A stretch of 51,885 nt of DNA, the filler included, from Sphacelaria rigidula (lineage: Eukaryota): NCBI GenBank assembly GCA_964200075.2. It is 4 parts of 4 records of this genome, joined end to end, with 100 filler letters (N's around TTAATTAATTAA, not from the genome) between each part and the next. Parts side by side here need not be neighbours in the genome. Positions count along the whole stretch, not along the records: positions 38,992 to 51,885 come from CAXNAA020003327.1; 3 more parts are not named here. One strand, 5' to 3'. The notes beneath the pieces were generated by a model that searched no databases, was not told the DNA's origin, and saw only the letters and a program-made list of their open reading frames with translations. Each line of letters begins with the position of its first letter. Position 1 is the first letter of the stretch. This document shows positions 50,272 to 51,885 of this stretch, piece by piece. A program made the translations under genes and the position numbers.

Positions 50272-51352
50272 GCTTGTGCACTTCCCCGCCAGCCTTTAAA
50301 GCATGGTGAACGTGATGGTTCCGGTAGCCAGGGCGTCGTCTAAGATGCGCTCTAAATTGACGAGCTTATCTTCGGGGGCTTCGAACCGGCAGTTGTCCGT
50401 GTCGCACAGAATTCCCAAGAACACAATTTTTGTAGTGGGTTCTAGCTGGTATTTCGAGATGGACATGAAGTATCCACAGTGATAGAAGACTGACAGCGCC
50501 AGGAGGGCTGCTGAGCTTGCTGCCTGTTTCTGCGTGTTAGGTGGGTCATGCTTTGTCGAGCGGACTCCCGTCAGCCAGAAATTGTCGATCCACGCCAGTA
50601 CTGGCACATGTTGGGATCGTAGGTATTGTGCCACCGCCTCGCTCAGGGTGTGGTAGATGTAGGGGGAACGGCACCAACCAAAACAGAGGATCGTCCAGAC
50701 GTAATACTCGCCCTTCCACTGAAAACCGAAGCATTCCCATGATGTGGGGTCGAGGGGCACATGGTGTAAACCTGATTTGTGGTCCATCGTAACCTGGTAA
50801 GCGCCTTGCCACGAGCATTGGGTCACCTTTCCTACTCCGTCCATCTTGAGTGGCATATCCTTGCACATGAGGCTCAGCCAATGGCCGTCCCAGATTAATC
50901 GTGGTTTCGACGGTTCTACTCCGAGCGGGAGAGACATGCGTGGCTTGGGTTGTGCGTGAACGTCTGCTATTTCCGCCCATCGCACGGCGCAGCCCTTATC
51001 GACAAGTTTTCTGATCTCGCAGTCGACAAACAGTTCGTGTTCTGGATTCACGTGGTTGGGTATCTCCACACCCGTGAGGTCGGCGCCGTGAAAGGGGCGT
51101 CCTTGGAAACTTCCTGTCGTTGATTTGTCGACGAATGTGTGTATGCGTACACCATTAATCCACGACAATAACAAGTCGGGTTGCATGTGGTCCTTTAGAA
51201 TGACCTCTTCCCAGAACGGGACTGCCGTGCTCAGATGTCCTGGAACAAAGTCTTTCTCGTTGTATACGGGGGCTTGTCGTGGGGCTTGGGGCGGTTCTCC
51301 TGATACCCAGCCTTCCTGTATCTGGTTCGCAGAGGGATCCTGGATCATGCAC
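50272..51352 (-). pseudogene. DIRS reverse transcriptase
   Basis: KPRLIWD, MDHKSGLHHV, FGFQWKG.YY...LCFGWCRSPYIY, AWIDNF (WIDD with the second Asp lost), FLGI; in-frame TAA at 50296 separates it from RNase H. Confidence 0.9.
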
Positions 51353-51885
51353 TCGCTATGGGCTGAAGCTCGATTTCCTTGTATATCCGTTTGGTTCGTA
51401 CGAAAATATGTATGCACCGCGGTCGTACGTCTGGATCTTTCTGCCAGAAAAGCTATCAGGCCTGGTTGGTCCTGTAGACGCTTGTAGCATACAACCAAAT
51501 ACAAAATCGTTGGACGGACGTGTTGTGTATGTATAGATATTTTGGACCCAACAGAAATTTCAGTTTTTTGTTTTTTCAAAGCGAGCGCTTCCACGTATCC
51601 CACTGCGCACCAGAGTACAAGCCACGAGTGAAAGCGAGGTTCAAAGTGTTGCAGGCGGGGCATTGGGGCTACATTATGTCGGATGATGACGTTTTCAGAT
51701 CATCCGGCAATCATTTCATCTTGAGGGTGAACATGACACTTTGGGGTCAACTGTAGTGGACTGGGTTACCCCGGCTTAGTATTCTTTTCAGTGCACATAG
51801 GATACAGAGGACATAAAACAGCAAATTGTGAGAATTGAGGTTTAACTCTGAATTGAGGCTCAAGGGGGCAACCCAACTTGCGAAC

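Larger units (their letters stand above)
47175..51400 (-). mobile_element. DIRS/Ngaro-type tyrosine-recombinase retrotransposon, inactivated; 5' end not resolved
   Basis: RT, RNase H, MTase-like domain, then Zn ribbon, ALOG-like domain and YR on one strand; 35-bp direct repeat pair downstream of YR. Confidence 0.92.

Noticed and set aside
51353-51663. N-terminal extension of the RT ORF / gag
   Set aside because: No recognisable gag or RT motif; the upstream start is probably incidental

Overview
Eukaryotic, repeat-rich DNA, most likely from a brown alga (Phaeophyceae, Ectocarpus-like), inferred from an EsV-1-7 repeat gene and the transposon complement. The window is four contigs of 12898, 12897, 12896 and 12894 bp joined by artificial 100-bp N/TTAATTAATTAA spacers in descending size order, so adjacency across the gaps is probably not biological. 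Contig 1 holds a decayed hAT-like transposase, a split 42-bp tandem array and a tRNA-derived SINE interrupted by an insertion. Contig 2 holds an intact EsV-1-7 (Cys/His 38-aa repeat) gene plus foldback elements, MITEs and a SINE. Contig 3 is a nest of decayed Ty3/Gypsy elements of one family with a solo LTR, an LTR shared between two internal regions and a long 3' region. Contig 4 holds two probable host exons and a DIRS/Ngaro-type tyrosine-recombinase retroelement (RT, RNase H, adenine-methyltransferase-like domain, zinc ribbon, ALOG-like domain, YR) with split direct repeats. Most ORFs in the track are spurious. All calls come from reading motifs by eye; no database searches were run.
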